From Bacilli bacterium (GTDB taxonomy: Bacteria; Bacillota_I; Bacilli_A; RF39; UBA660), in NCBI GenBank assembly GCA_017477845.1, contig JAFUTR010000017.1, positions 64,447-128,446 of the forward strand: 64,000 nucleotides of DNA, given 5' to 3'. This document shows positions 56,652 to 64,000 of the stretch, one piece after another. The notes beneath the pieces were generated by a model. That model ran no database searches, was not told where the DNA came from, and was given only the letters and a program-made list of their open reading frames with translations. The first letter of the stretch is position 1; each line of letters begins with the position of its first letter. Both the position numbers and the translations under genes were made by a program.

Positions 56652-56662
56652 TGGAGGCTTAA

Positions 56663-57076
56663 ATGAAATTAGTCACAAAAGGAAGAATAAATTTATTATT
56701 AGAGTTTGTATTATATTCTATTTTATATACTGCTGCTTTTATGGCAGTTGAAAGTATGTTTGAAAGTTTTTTTCTAGGTCGTGATAATAAGATACTTTAT
56801 GCTTTTTTAGCAATTGTAGTTATTTATGTACTAGAGAAAGTATTAAAACCAATTTTGGTTACTATTGCAACACCTATAACTGGTGTAACATTTGGATTAT
56901 TTTATTTTGTTATAAATACATTTTTGTTAAAATTGACAGATTGGATAATGGGGCCTAAACTTGATTTTACTGATATTTGGGCGCTCTTTGTTATATCAAT
57001 TGTTCTTGCTCTTTTAAACTTGTTAATCGAAAAATTAATAATAGAACCAATAATTAGGAGGGCAACTAAAAAATGA
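56663..57076 (+). CDS. YvlD/DUF360 (phage_holin_4_2 family) membrane protein
   Basis: 137 aa with 4 TM helices. KPILVTIATPITGVTFGLFYFVINTFLLKL resembles the family core. A chromosomal housekeeping context is usual for this family. Confidence 0.6.
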   Translation: MKLVTKGRINLLLEFVLYSILYTAAFMAVESMFESFFLGRDNKILYAFLAIVVIYVLEKVLKPILVTIATPITGVTFGLFYFVINTFLLKLTDWIMGPKLDFTDIWALFVISIVLALLNLLIEKLIIEPIIRRATKK

Positions 57077-57906
57077 GTAGGGTATTATTTGATTTTGGCT
57101 TTTTACAAATTTACTGGTATTCAGTTTGCATAATGTTCGGAATGATTATTGGAATGTATTTAGTATATAAAGAAGCCAAAAAACATAAGATAAGTGAAGA
57201 TACAATTACCAATTTAATATTTTATACGATTGTAATATCAATAATTGGAGCTAGATTTTATTATGTTATTTTTAATTTGGATTATTATTCAAAAAATATT
57301 TTTGAAAGTTTAGAAATATGGAATGGTGGACTTGCTATTCATGGAGCTATTATTTTTGGTGGATTATATTTGATTTCTTTTACTCGTAAGAAAAAAATTA
57401 ATACTTTAAAAGTATTAGATATATGTGCTGTTGGATTAATAATTGGACAAGCGATTGGTAGATGGGGAAATTTCTTTAATCAAGAAGCTTATGGATCAGT
57501 TACTTCGCTTGAATTTTTAAAATCTTTATTTTTACCTCAATTTATAATTGATGGGATGAATATTAATGGAGTATATTATCAGCCAACTTTTTTATATGAG
57601 TCAATTTGGTGTATTATTGGATTTGTCATTATGATTTTCTATAGGAAAAGAAAGTATATAAAAATAGGCCAAATATTTGGAATATATTGTATGTGGTATG
57701 GATTTGGAAGATTTGTTATTGAAAGCATGAGACAGGATAGTTTAATGTTAGGTTCATTAAAAATGGCTCAAATAGTTTCTATTGGAATGTTTTTAGTTGG
57801 ACTTTATTTCTTTGTAAGAAAAATAAGAAGTGGAAAATTCGATTATTTATATCATGAAGAAAATGGAGTTTTAACTACTCCAGTTAATAGTCAAACTTTC
57901 TTATAA
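57073..57906 (+). CDS. lgt: Prolipoprotein diacylglyceryl transferase
   Basis: 277 aa with the signature GRWGNFFNQEAYG. Confidence 0.93.
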   Translation: MSRVLFDFGFLQIYWYSVCIMFGMIIGMYLVYKEAKKHKISEDTITNLIFYTIVISIIGARFYYVIFNLDYYSKNIFESLEIWNGGLAIHGAIIFGGLYLISFTRKKKINTLKVLDICAVGLIIGQAIGRWGNFFNQEAYGSVTSLEFLKSLFLPQFIIDGMNINGVYYQPTFLYESIWCIIGFVIMIFYRKRKYIKIGQIFGIYCMWYGFGRFVIESMRQDSLMLGSLKMAQIVSIGMFLVGLYFFVRKIRSGKFDYLYHEENGVLTTPVNSQTFL

Positions 57907-58012
57907 GGCAATAAAAATTATTAAATAATATTTGACTTAAAACAACTTTTGTGTTATTTTATAAGTGACACGAAAAGGTGTTTTTATTTTGGTAAAATAA
58001 GGTGGGGAGATT

Positions 58013-58339
58013 ATGGCTCAGAAAGAAAAGAAAAAAATTGAAAAAGTTAGTGAAGAACTTCAAAAAGAGATTGATGATGTTAGTGAAAAACTAGCTAAAG
58101 AAGAAAAGAAAAAAGAAACTAAAAAAGAGAATAAAAAGAAGGATAATAAAAAAGAAGAAAAGAAATCTATTAAAAAAGAATCTTGGTGGCATGGAGTAAA
58201 ATCCGAATTTAAGAAAGTAAGATGGCCTAATAGAAAAGAAATGATTAAGTATTCTATTGCGACAATAAGCTTTATTATATTTTTTGCCTTATTCTTCTAT
58301 TTAATAGAAGTTATAGTTTACTTAATTAAGACTTTATAG
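58013..58339 (+). CDS. secE: Preprotein translocase subunit SecE with a K/E-rich N-terminal extension
   Basis: C-terminal 55 aa (WWHGVKSEFKKVRWPNRKEMIKYSIATISFIIFF) is typical of SecE. Lies upstream of nusG. Confidence 0.85.
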   Translation: MAQKEKKKIEKVSEELQKEIDDVSEKLAKEEKKKETKKENKKKDNKKEEKKSIKKESWWHGVKSEFKKVRWPNRKEMIKYSIATISFIIFFALFFYLIEVIVYLIKTL

Positions 58340-58349
58340 AGGTGATTTT

Positions 58350-58889
58350 ATGGAGAAACAATGGTATGTAGTTAACACTTATTCAGGACATGAAAACAAA
58401 GTAAAAGAAAAACTTGAAATGCGTGCTCAGTCAATGGACATGAAAGATTATATTTTTAGAGTAGTTGTTCCAGAGCAAAAAGAAGTAGAAGTTAAAGATG
58501 GAGTTACAAAAGAAAAGATAAAAAAGATGTTTCCTGGATATGTTTTAGTAGAAATGGTTATGAGTGATGAAGCTTGGTTTGTAGTTCGTAATACTCCTGG
58601 TGTTACTGGATTTATTGGATCAAGTGGTAAAGGTGCAAAACCAACGCCTCTTCAACCATATGAAGTTGATAATATTTTAAAGAATATGGGAATTAGTAGA
58701 CTTGATGTCGATAAAGAACTTGAAGTTGGAGCTAAAGTTAAAATCATTGCTGGAGCTTTTTCAGGAATGTATGGTGTAATTGAGAAAATCGATTTACCAA
58801 ATCAAAAATTGGAATTAAATGTAGATTTATTTGGTCAAGAGACTTCTGTAGAAGTTGAGTTATCACAAATTGAACTTGCAAATAATTAA
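58350..58889 (+). CDS. nusG: Transcription termination/antitermination protein NusG
   Basis: 179 aa. KQWYVVNTYSGHENKV N-terminus and a KOW domain. Confidence 0.96.
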   Translation: MEKQWYVVNTYSGHENKVKEKLEMRAQSMDMKDYIFRVVVPEQKEVEVKDGVTKEKIKKMFPGYVLVEMVMSDEAWFVVRNTPGVTGFIGSSGKGAKPTPLQPYEVDNILKNMGISRLDVDKELEVGAKVKIIAGAFSGMYGVIEKIDLPNQKLELNVDLFGQETSVEVELSQIELANN

Positions 58890-58895
58890 AAATAC

Positions 58896-58924
58896 TTGCA
58901 AAAAAAAGAAAAAAGTGATAATAT
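58896..58924 (+). promoter_or_regulatory. Sigma-A type promoter of the rplKA operon
   Basis: TTGCAA (58896-58901), a 17-nt spacer, then TAATAT (58919-58924). Confidence 0.55.
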
Positions 58925-58957
58925 CAAATCGCTATATTTAATTATATAGAATTAATT

Positions 58958-59032
58958 AGTGGGAAGCGAAAAGCGTTTATGTTATAGAAATATAACAAGG
59001 AATGCAAAAAAATGAGTGCTATTTGGACCACT
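58958..59032 (+). promoter_or_regulatory. Structured rplK leader, possible L1-binding mimic
   Basis: AGTGGGAAGCGAAAAGCG ... GGACCACT. The closing helix AGTGG/CCACT and the GGGA(A/G)G..AAAG.CG core resemble the element upstream of rplA. Confidence 0.3.
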
Positions 59033-59066
59033 CGCGAAAACTAAAAATATATAGGAGGTGTTTTTC

Positions 59067-59492
59067 GTGGCAAAGGAAGTTGTTAAGAAAGTTAAGTTGC
59101 AAATCCAAGCAGGAAAAGCTACACCAGCTCCACCAGTTGGAACTGTTTTAGGACCTGCAGGAATTAATCTACAAGATTTTTGTTCTAAATATAATGATGC
59201 AACTAGAGATAAAATGGGAGATGTTTTACCAGTTGAAATTTCAATTTATGATGATAGAAGTTTTGACTTCGTAGTTAAAACTCCTCCAACACCATTCTTA
59301 GTTAAGAAATTTGCTAAAATTCAAAAAGGTTCTACAAAAGGAGCTTCAGAAACAGTTGGATCTCTTACTAAGGATCAATTAAAAGAAATTGCTGAAATAA
59401 AATTACCTGACTTAAACTGTTATACAGTTGAAGAAGCTATGAAAATAGTTGAAGGTACTGCCCGTAATATGGGTGTTACTATAAAAGAATAG
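59067..59492 (+). CDS. rplK: 50S ribosomal protein L11
   Basis: GTG at 59067 after AGGAGGTG. Sequence (M)AKEVVKKVKLQIQAGKATPAPPVG. Confidence 0.95.
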   Translation: MAKEVVKKVKLQIQAGKATPAPPVGTVLGPAGINLQDFCSKYNDATRDKMGDVLPVEISIYDDRSFDFVVKTPPTPFLVKKFAKIQKGSTKGASETVGSLTKDQLKEIAEIKLPDLNCYTVEEAMKIVEGTARNMGVTIKE

Positions 59493-59517
59493 TAAAAATA
59501 CATGTAGGTTTATACCT

Positions 59518-59555
59518 ATGTGGGAGGAAAGACGCTAATATCCGCTAAACCACAT
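59518..59555 (+). promoter_or_regulatory. Hairpin upstream of rplA, candidate L1 autoregulatory site
   Basis: ATGTGG-GAGGAAAGACGCTAATATCCGCTAAA-CCACAT. The GGGAG...GAC-type core is reminiscent of the L1 stalk of 23S rRNA. It ends 16 nt before the rplA ATG. Confidence 0.4.
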
Positions 59556-59571
59556 AAGGAGGAAAAAAATA

Positions 59572-60270
59572 ATGAGAAAAAGAGGTAAAAAGTACGTAGA
59601 AGCTTTAAATAAGCTTGAAAAAGGAAAAGCTTATACAAAAGAAGAAGCAGTTAAGCTTGCAAAAGAAACATCTACTAGCAAATTTGTTAGTTCTGTTGAA
59701 ATAGCTGTTAGATTAAATCTTGATACTAAAAAAGCAGATCAACAATTAAGAGGAGCTATAGTATTACCTAATGGTACAGGAAAAGATAAAAAAGTATTAG
59801 TAATTGCAAGAGGAGAAAATGCTACAATTGCAAAAAATGCTGGTGCTGATTTTGTTGGGGATACTGATATGCTTGAAAAAATCGAAAAGGAAAATTGGTT
59901 CGGTTTCGATGTTATGATAGCAACTCCAGATATGATGCCTTTATTAGGTAAATTAGGAAGAGTATTAGGACCTAAGGGCTTAATGCCAAATCCTAAAACT
60001 GGGACAGTTACTACAGATGTTTTAAAAGCTGTATCTGAAGTAAAAGCTGGACGTGTTGAGTATAGAACAGATAGTTTTGGAAATATTCATGGAATAATTG
60101 GTAATACTTCATTTACTGAAGAACAATTACTAGAAAACTTAAATGCATTTATGAATGTTTTAATCAAAGCTAAACCTGCAACAGTAAAAGGTGATTATGT
60201 TAAAAACATATCAATAGCTACTACTATGGGTCCTGGAATTAAAATTATTACAAATTCTTTTGACATTTAG
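59572..60270 (+). CDS. rplA: 50S ribosomal protein L1
   Basis: 232 aa. Typical L1 sequence ([18 protein letters not shown]). Confidence 0.96.
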   Translation: MRKRGKKYVEALNKLEKGKAYTKEEAVKLAKETSTSKFVSSVEIAVRLNLDTKKADQQLRGAIVLPNGTGKDKKVLVIARGENATIAKNAGADFVGDTDMLEKIEKENWFGFDVMIATPDMMPLLGKLGRVLGPKGLMPNPKTGTVTTDVLKAVSEVKAGRVEYRTDSFGNIHGIIGNTSFTEEQLLENLNAFMNVLIKAKPATVKGDYVKNISIATTMGPGIKIITNSFDI

Positions 60271-60295
60271 TAGAAGTTAATATATAATACAATTA

Positions 60296-60398
60296 ATTTG
60301 TTGGTGCCAAAGACAGTAGGTTGTTAGTAAATCCTACCGAGGACTAAATAAACTTTGTTTTTTAGAATCTCTATGTCTTTGGATGTAGAGATTTTTTT
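60296..60398 (+). ncRNA. L10 (rplJL) leader with a terminator/antiterminator switch
   Basis: Terminator ATCTCTA (60367-60373) pairs with TAGAGAT (60386-60392) and is followed by T7. Its loop GTCTTTGG (60375-60382) is complementary to upstream CCAAAGAC (60307-60314). An upstream stem GTAGG/CCTAC lies at 60316-60337. The position matches the Bacillota L10_leader. Confidence 0.65.
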
Positions 60399-60448
60399 AA
60401 ATAAATTTCTGTGTGCTCCAATAAATTAAATATAGAAGGAGGATTCTT

Positions 60449-60943
60449 ATGGCAAGTGAGAAAATCTTAGCAAAGAAGCAGGAAGTAATTAATGAGATTA
60501 AGAAACAAGTTGAAGATTCAGCTTCAGTAGTAATCTTTACTTATACTGGTTTAACAGATGAAGACACTAAGAAATTAAGAAGATCTTTAAGAGAAAGTGG
60601 ATCTGACTATAAAGTTTATAAAAACACTTTGATGGCTAGAGCATTCAATGATTTAAAGATTGACTTAAATGAACATTTAACTGGATCTAGTGCATTAGCA
60701 TTTGGAACTGATTCTGTTGCACCTATTAAGGCTATTGCAGACTTTGCAAAGACACATGATGTTGTAACATTAAAAGTTGGAATTGTTGATGGTGAAGTAA
60801 CACAAAGCGACAAGCTTGCTGAACTTGCAACTATTCCATCAAGAGAAGGACTACTTACTATGCTTGCAGCTGGTATGATGGGAATTCCAAAAGACTTATC
60901 AATATGTTTAGATTTATATGCTAAACAAAAGGAAGAAAATTAA
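60449..60943 (+). CDS. rplJ: 50S ribosomal protein L10
   Basis: 164 aa. Typical L10 sequence in the expected synteny. Confidence 0.95.
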   Translation: MASEKILAKKQEVINEIKKQVEDSASVVIFTYTGLTDEDTKKLRRSLRESGSDYKVYKNTLMARAFNDLKIDLNEHLTGSSALAFGTDSVAPIKAIADFAKTHDVVTLKVGIVDGEVTQSDKLAELATIPSREGLLTMLAAGMMGIPKDLSICLDLYAKQKEEN

Positions 60944-60962
60944 TTAAGGGAGGAAATTTGAA

Positions 60963-61334
60963 ATGGCAAAATTAACAAAAGAAAGCTTTATTGAAAGTTT
61001 AAAAGAAATGAGTCTATTAGAAATTAAAGAACTAGTAGACGCTATGAAAGAAGAATTTGGAGTAGATCCAAGCGCAGTAGCAGTAGCTGCACCAGTAGCA
61101 GGAGCAGCAGCTGTTGATGAAGGACCAAGCACAGTTACTGTTACATTAGTAAATGCAGGAGCTGCAAAGATTAATGTAATCAAAGTAATTAAAGAAATTA
61201 CTGGATTAGGACTTGCTGATTCTAAAGCTATCGCTGATAATGGTGGAGCTATTAAAGAAAATATTCCAGTTGCTGAAGCTGAAGAAATCAAAGCTAAGTT
61301 AGAAGAAGCTGGAGCAGAAGTAGAAGTTAAATAG
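60963..61334 (+). CDS. rplL: 50S ribosomal protein L7/L12
   Basis: 123 aa. Ala-rich hinge and a C-terminal domain ending EAGAEVEVK. Confidence 0.96.
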   Translation: MAKLTKESFIESLKEMSLLEIKELVDAMKEEFGVDPSAVAVAAPVAGAAAVDEGPSTVTVTLVNAGAAKINVIKVIKEITGLGLADSKAIADNGGAIKENIPVAEAEEIKAKLEEAGAEVEVK

Positions 61335-61355
61335 TTTTACTTTGAAATGTAAATT

Positions 61356-61391
61356 AGGATTGATATCATTTTAGATATTAATCCTTTTTTG
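61356..61391 (+). terminator. Intrinsic terminator after rplL
   Basis: AGGATTGATATC-atttta-GATATTAATCCT (one mismatch) followed by T6. Confidence 0.75.
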
Positions 61392-61437
61392 ATTAATAAA
61401 TATTATTTTATGATATACTTTTATTATTGGTGATAGT

Positions 61438-62319
61438 ATGGAAGATGATAATGAAAAGAAGATAGAAAAAGATAAAAATATACTTATGATACTTTTGTGT
61501 GTCGTTTGTATTATTTTATCGGTGATAATATTAATGTATAAATCTTATTTGTTTAAAGGTAACGATAAAACTAATGTAAGTGAAGAAAAAATTGAAGAAA
61601 ATAAATTAGATGATAAATTCCTTCAAGAATTAATTAATCAAATACCTAACAGTTCTGATAATATTAATTTAGAGTTTTATAGTCCTTATCAAAATGAAAT
61701 TACAACAATAGACGATGTACCATATGATGTAATTGTTGCAACATCGCTAAGTAAAATTGATAAGAATACTTTTGTTCCTCAAAATAAAGAAGATTATTAT
61801 TGTTATGTAGATGATGGTGAGTGTGACTATTATATTAGCTTTGAAGATTTAAAAAATAATATTTCATTGCTTTATGATATTAGTGATGAAATTACACTGG
61901 ATAAAAACTATATTGATGGAATTAATGGAGAAAGATGTTATTTGTATGATGGAAATTATGGTTGCACTCACAATATAAAATATTCTACTTTTAATGGTGA
62001 TATTGGAAGTGATCATCATAGAATTTATGATTATAGTGTTGTAGCAAATCGTTTGTTTATCTATGAAGATTATTTTAACATTAGATATTATATTGCCGAA
62101 AGTGAGAGTCTAATATCATTTGAAGTTTACAAGTATAGTAATCAGAATACTTTAATGGTAAATAAAGAATTTATGCTTAAAGATTATTTATCAAAAAAAT
62201 TAGATTATGATGATATATTATTTGATGAGTTAAGTGATAATTTAACAAAGTTTAAACATACGTTTATAAAAGATGATAATGGAAATTATAAATGGGTTTC
62301 TACCGAGCCTGTTTTGTAA
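61438..62319 (+). CDS. N-terminally anchored, Cys-containing extracytoplasmic protein of unknown function
   Basis: 293 aa. One TM helix (ILMILLCVVCIILSVIILM). No motif was recognised. Confidence 0.6.
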   Translation: MEDDNEKKIEKDKNILMILLCVVCIILSVIILMYKSYLFKGNDKTNVSEEKIEENKLDDKFLQELINQIPNSSDNINLEFYSPYQNEITTIDDVPYDVIVATSLSKIDKNTFVPQNKEDYYCYVDDGECDYYISFEDLKNNISLLYDISDEITLDKNYIDGINGERCYLYDGNYGCTHNIKYSTFNGDIGSDHHRIYDYSVVANRLFIYEDYFNIRYYIAESESLISFEVYKYSNQNTLMVNKEFMLKDYLSKKLDYDDILFDELSDNLTKFKHTFIKDDNGNYKWVSTEPVL

Positions 62320-62356
62320 TCTTGTCGTAAACTAATTATTAATATTTAAAAAAATC

Positions 62357-62385
62357 TTGAAAAATCGTGATTCTTATTGTAATAT
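62357..62385 (+). promoter_or_regulatory. Candidate sigma-A promoter upstream of the methyltransferase gene
   Basis: TTGAAA (62357-62362), a 17-nt spacer ending in TG, then TAATAT (62380-62385). Confidence 0.45.
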
Positions 62386-62398
62386 AAGCATGTGAAAG

Positions 62399-62438
62399 GA
62401 GTTAACTATATATATTTGTAGTTAGCTCTTCTTTTTTT
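62399..62438 (+). terminator. Strong intrinsic terminator or leader attenuator
   Basis: GAGTTAACTA (62399-62408) pairs with TAGTTAGCTC (62419-62428), giving 10 bp with one G-U. It is followed by TTCTTTTTTT. Confidence 0.7.
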
Positions 62439-62451
62439 AAGGAATGATTAT

Positions 62452-63045
62452 ATGAACCAATATTTTGATAACGTTAATTTACCTAGTAATATTAGGGAAT
62501 ATGAAACTAATTTTTTAGGTAATATTTTTAAATTTAAAGTTGATAATGGGGTTTTTTCTAAAGATAAACTTGATTATGGGACAAGAGTTTTACTTCTTAA
62601 TTTGCCTATTAGTAAGATGCATGGAAACGTTTTAGATTTAGGGTGCGGCTATGGTGTTGTTAGTATTATTCTTTCAAAATTAATTAATGCTTCATTTGAT
62701 GCTGTGGATGTTAATAGACGAGCTCTTCATTTAACGGAAATGAATATAAAGTTAAATAAGACTGGTGGTATTAATTGTTTTGAAAGCAATGCCTATGATG
62801 CGTTAGATAAAAATAAACTATATGATTATATTGTTACAAATCCTCCAATTAGAGCTGGTAAGGATATTGTATATAGATTTTTAAGAGAAGCAAAAGAGCA
62901 TATGAAACCCACTGGCGAATTATATTTTGTTATGAGAAAAGATCATGGAGCAAAAACTGCAATAAAGGATATAGGAGATCTTTATAAAACAGAAATTATA
63001 GCAAAGGAAAAAGGTTTTTTTGTAATTAAATGTTTTTTCGATTGA
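62452..63045 (+). CDS. Class I SAM-dependent methyltransferase, RsmC/YbxB-like small MTase domain
   Basis: 197 aa. SAM motif LDLGCGYG and the catalytic VTNPPIRAGK. Same position (rplL to rpoB) as B. subtilis ybxB. Confidence 0.8.
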   Translation: MNQYFDNVNLPSNIREYETNFLGNIFKFKVDNGVFSKDKLDYGTRVLLLNLPISKMHGNVLDLGCGYGVVSIILSKLINASFDAVDVNRRALHLTEMNIKLNKTGGINCFESNAYDALDKNKLYDYIVTNPPIRAGKDIVYRFLREAKEHMKPTGELYFVMRKDHGAKTAIKDIGDLYKTEIIAKEKGFFVIKCFFD

Positions 63046-63140
63046 CAACTTGAAATTTATGTGTTAATAATATAAATTGGCTACGTATTAGATTGGGCTA
63101 TTTTGTTCTTTGTAAAATATTGTAATAGGGGTGAATTTTA

Positions 63141-64000
63141 GTGGCATATAAGATAATAAAATGTGGTGAACACAGACAAAGAAGAAGTTTTTCTAGAATT
63201 AGAAATACTTATGAATTAACAGATTTATTAGAAATTCAGAAAAAGTCATATCAGTGGTTTATTGAAACTGGTATAAAAGAAGTTTTCGATGATTTATTCC
63301 CCGTTGAGAACTTTTCGGGAACTCTATCATTAGAATTTGGTGATTATCATTTTGATGAACCAAGATATTCTATTAGACAAAGTAAAGATAGAGAGACTAC
63401 TTATGCTGCACCTTTAAAAGTTGAAGTAAGATTATTCAACCATGAAACAGGTGAAGTTAAGGAACAAGAGATATTTTTAGGTGATATGCCTATAATGACT
63501 GATAGTGGATCTTTCGTAATTAATGGAGCAGAACGTGTTATTGTTTCACAATTAGTTAGATCACCTAGTGTTTACTTCAATCGTGAAGTAGACAAAAATG
63601 GTAGAAACAGTATTACTTCTCAAGTAATACCAACACGTGGTACTTGGCTAGAGTATGAGACTGATGCCAGGGATGTTTTATATGTAAGAATCGATAGAAC
63701 TAGAAAAGTTCCTCTTACTACTCTTTTACGTGCATTTGGATTATCAAGTGATGAAGATATAATTAAATTATTTGGAAAAGATGAATATATTGAGAATACA
63801 CTTGCTAAGGATTCTACTAGAAATACAGATGAAGCTTTAATTGAAATATATGAAAAATTAAGACCAGGTGAGCCATCTACACTTGACTCATCAAAGAACC
63901 AAATTATTACTAGATTTTTTGATGAATTTAGATATGATTTAGCTCGTGTTGGACGTTATAAATTCAACCGTAAATTAAATGTACTTGATAGAGTACTTAA
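63141..64000 (+). CDS. rpoB: DNA-directed RNA polymerase subunit beta, N-terminal fragment (continues past window end)
   Basis: Not in the ORF track because it has no stop in the window. GTG at 63141 after AGGGGTGA. Sequence (M)[59 protein letters not shown]. Confidence 0.93.
   Translation, partial: MAYKIIKCGEHRQRRSFSRIRNTYELTDLLEIQKKSYQWFIETGIKEVFDDLFPVENFSGTLSLEFGDYHFDEPRYSIRQSKDRETTYAAPLKVEVRLFNHETGEVKEQEIFLGDMPIMTDSGSFVINGAERVIVSQLVRSPSVYFNREVDKNGRNSITSQVIPTRGTWLEYETDARDVLYVRIDRTRKVPLTTLLRAFGLSSDEDIIKLFGKDEYIENTLAKDSTRNTDEALIEIYEKLRPGEPSTLDSSKNQIITRFFDEFRYDLARVGRYKFNRKLNVLDRVL

Noticed and set aside
56663-57076. The phage_holin_4_2 family membrane protein as evidence of a prophage
   Set aside because: The YvlD/DUF360 family is a common chromosomal gene next to uvrA/lgt in Bacillota. 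No other phage genes, integrase or att-like repeats lie in the neighbourhood.
58013-58170. Purine-rich AAAGAA-type periodicity in the secE 5' region as a DNA tandem repeat
   Set aside because: The periodicity reflects K/E codon bias of a low-complexity coding segment rather than a defined repeat unit. The same applies to the ftsH 3' end and the noc insert.
60944-61291. 115-aa minus-strand ORF antisense to rplL
   Set aside because: It is the mirror frame of the Ala/Val-rich L7/L12 gene, has no SD, and has a low-complexity product. It is an antisense artefact. The same reasoning applies to the other short antisense ORFs in the track (508-708, 1655-1885, 2115-2372, 2931-3176, 6267-6479, 8177-8458, 9693-9878, 10568-10750, 15662-15871, 17760-18023, 29772-29957, 31688-31924, 37132-37356, 38477-38734, 48005-48190, 51451-51768, 53513-53824, 60616-60813).
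1-64000. Scan for tRNA, rRNA, CRISPR arrays, IS elements, integrases and toxin-antitoxin pairs
   Set aside because: No GTTCGAATC-type T-arm signatures or GC-rich rRNA-like stretches were seen. No regularly spaced direct repeats were seen. No transposase, recombinase or phage-like ORFs were seen, and no small adjacent gene pairs with TA-like features. None are reported.

Overview
Origin-of-replication region of a very AT-rich Bacillota chromosome that uses the standard genetic code: TGA acts as a stop at the ftsX stop codon and at the prfB frameshift site. Gene order follows the Bacillus subtilis ori-proximal map. On the minus strand lie gyrB(partial)-recF-comK-like-dnaN-dnaA. A bipartite DnaA-box oriC sits at about 3.13-3.23 kb and 4.72-4.85 kb. 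The remaining 59 kb is almost exclusively plus-strand (leading-strand) genes: [LRR protein]-rpmH-rnpA-yidC-jag-mnmE-[1412-aa activase fusion]-mnmG-rsmG-noc-soj-spo0J-DUF951-[AbgT]-ychF-[C26 amidotransferase, P-loop protein, Prs-like, PncC-like]-rpsF-ssb-rpsR-ftsB-like-tilS-ftsH-dusB-[RDD, permease]-clpC-like-prfB(+1 frameshift)-[YitT x2, two membrane proteins, decayed locus, membrane/DHHW/MBOAT]-ftsEX-M23 peptidase-[head-on glycosyltransferase]-uvrB-[radical SAM]-uvrA-lgt-secE-nusG-rplKAJL-[TM protein]-ybxB-like methyltransferase-rpoB(partial). Noc and ComK homologues suggest class Bacilli, perhaps an Erysipelotrichales-like reduced genome, but this is inference only. I found no rRNA, tRNA, CRISPR array, transposase, integrase or prophage. 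I do not see a clear-cut new multi-gene system such as a defence island. The best candidates for something undescribed are listed here.
- A cytoplasmic LRR protein inserted between oriC and rpmH.
- A P-loop/Prs-like/PncC-like operon with a perfect palindrome upstream.
- A radical SAM/SPASM gene translationally coupled to uvrB.
- A giant double-activase fusion splitting mnmE from mnmG.
- A ClpC paralogue with a dead second ATPase ring.
- A Noc with a 220-aa disordered insert.
- A 1.3-kb gene-poor patch with hairpin modules and a triply broken pseudogene.
All family calls rest on motif recognition by eye. No searches were run.
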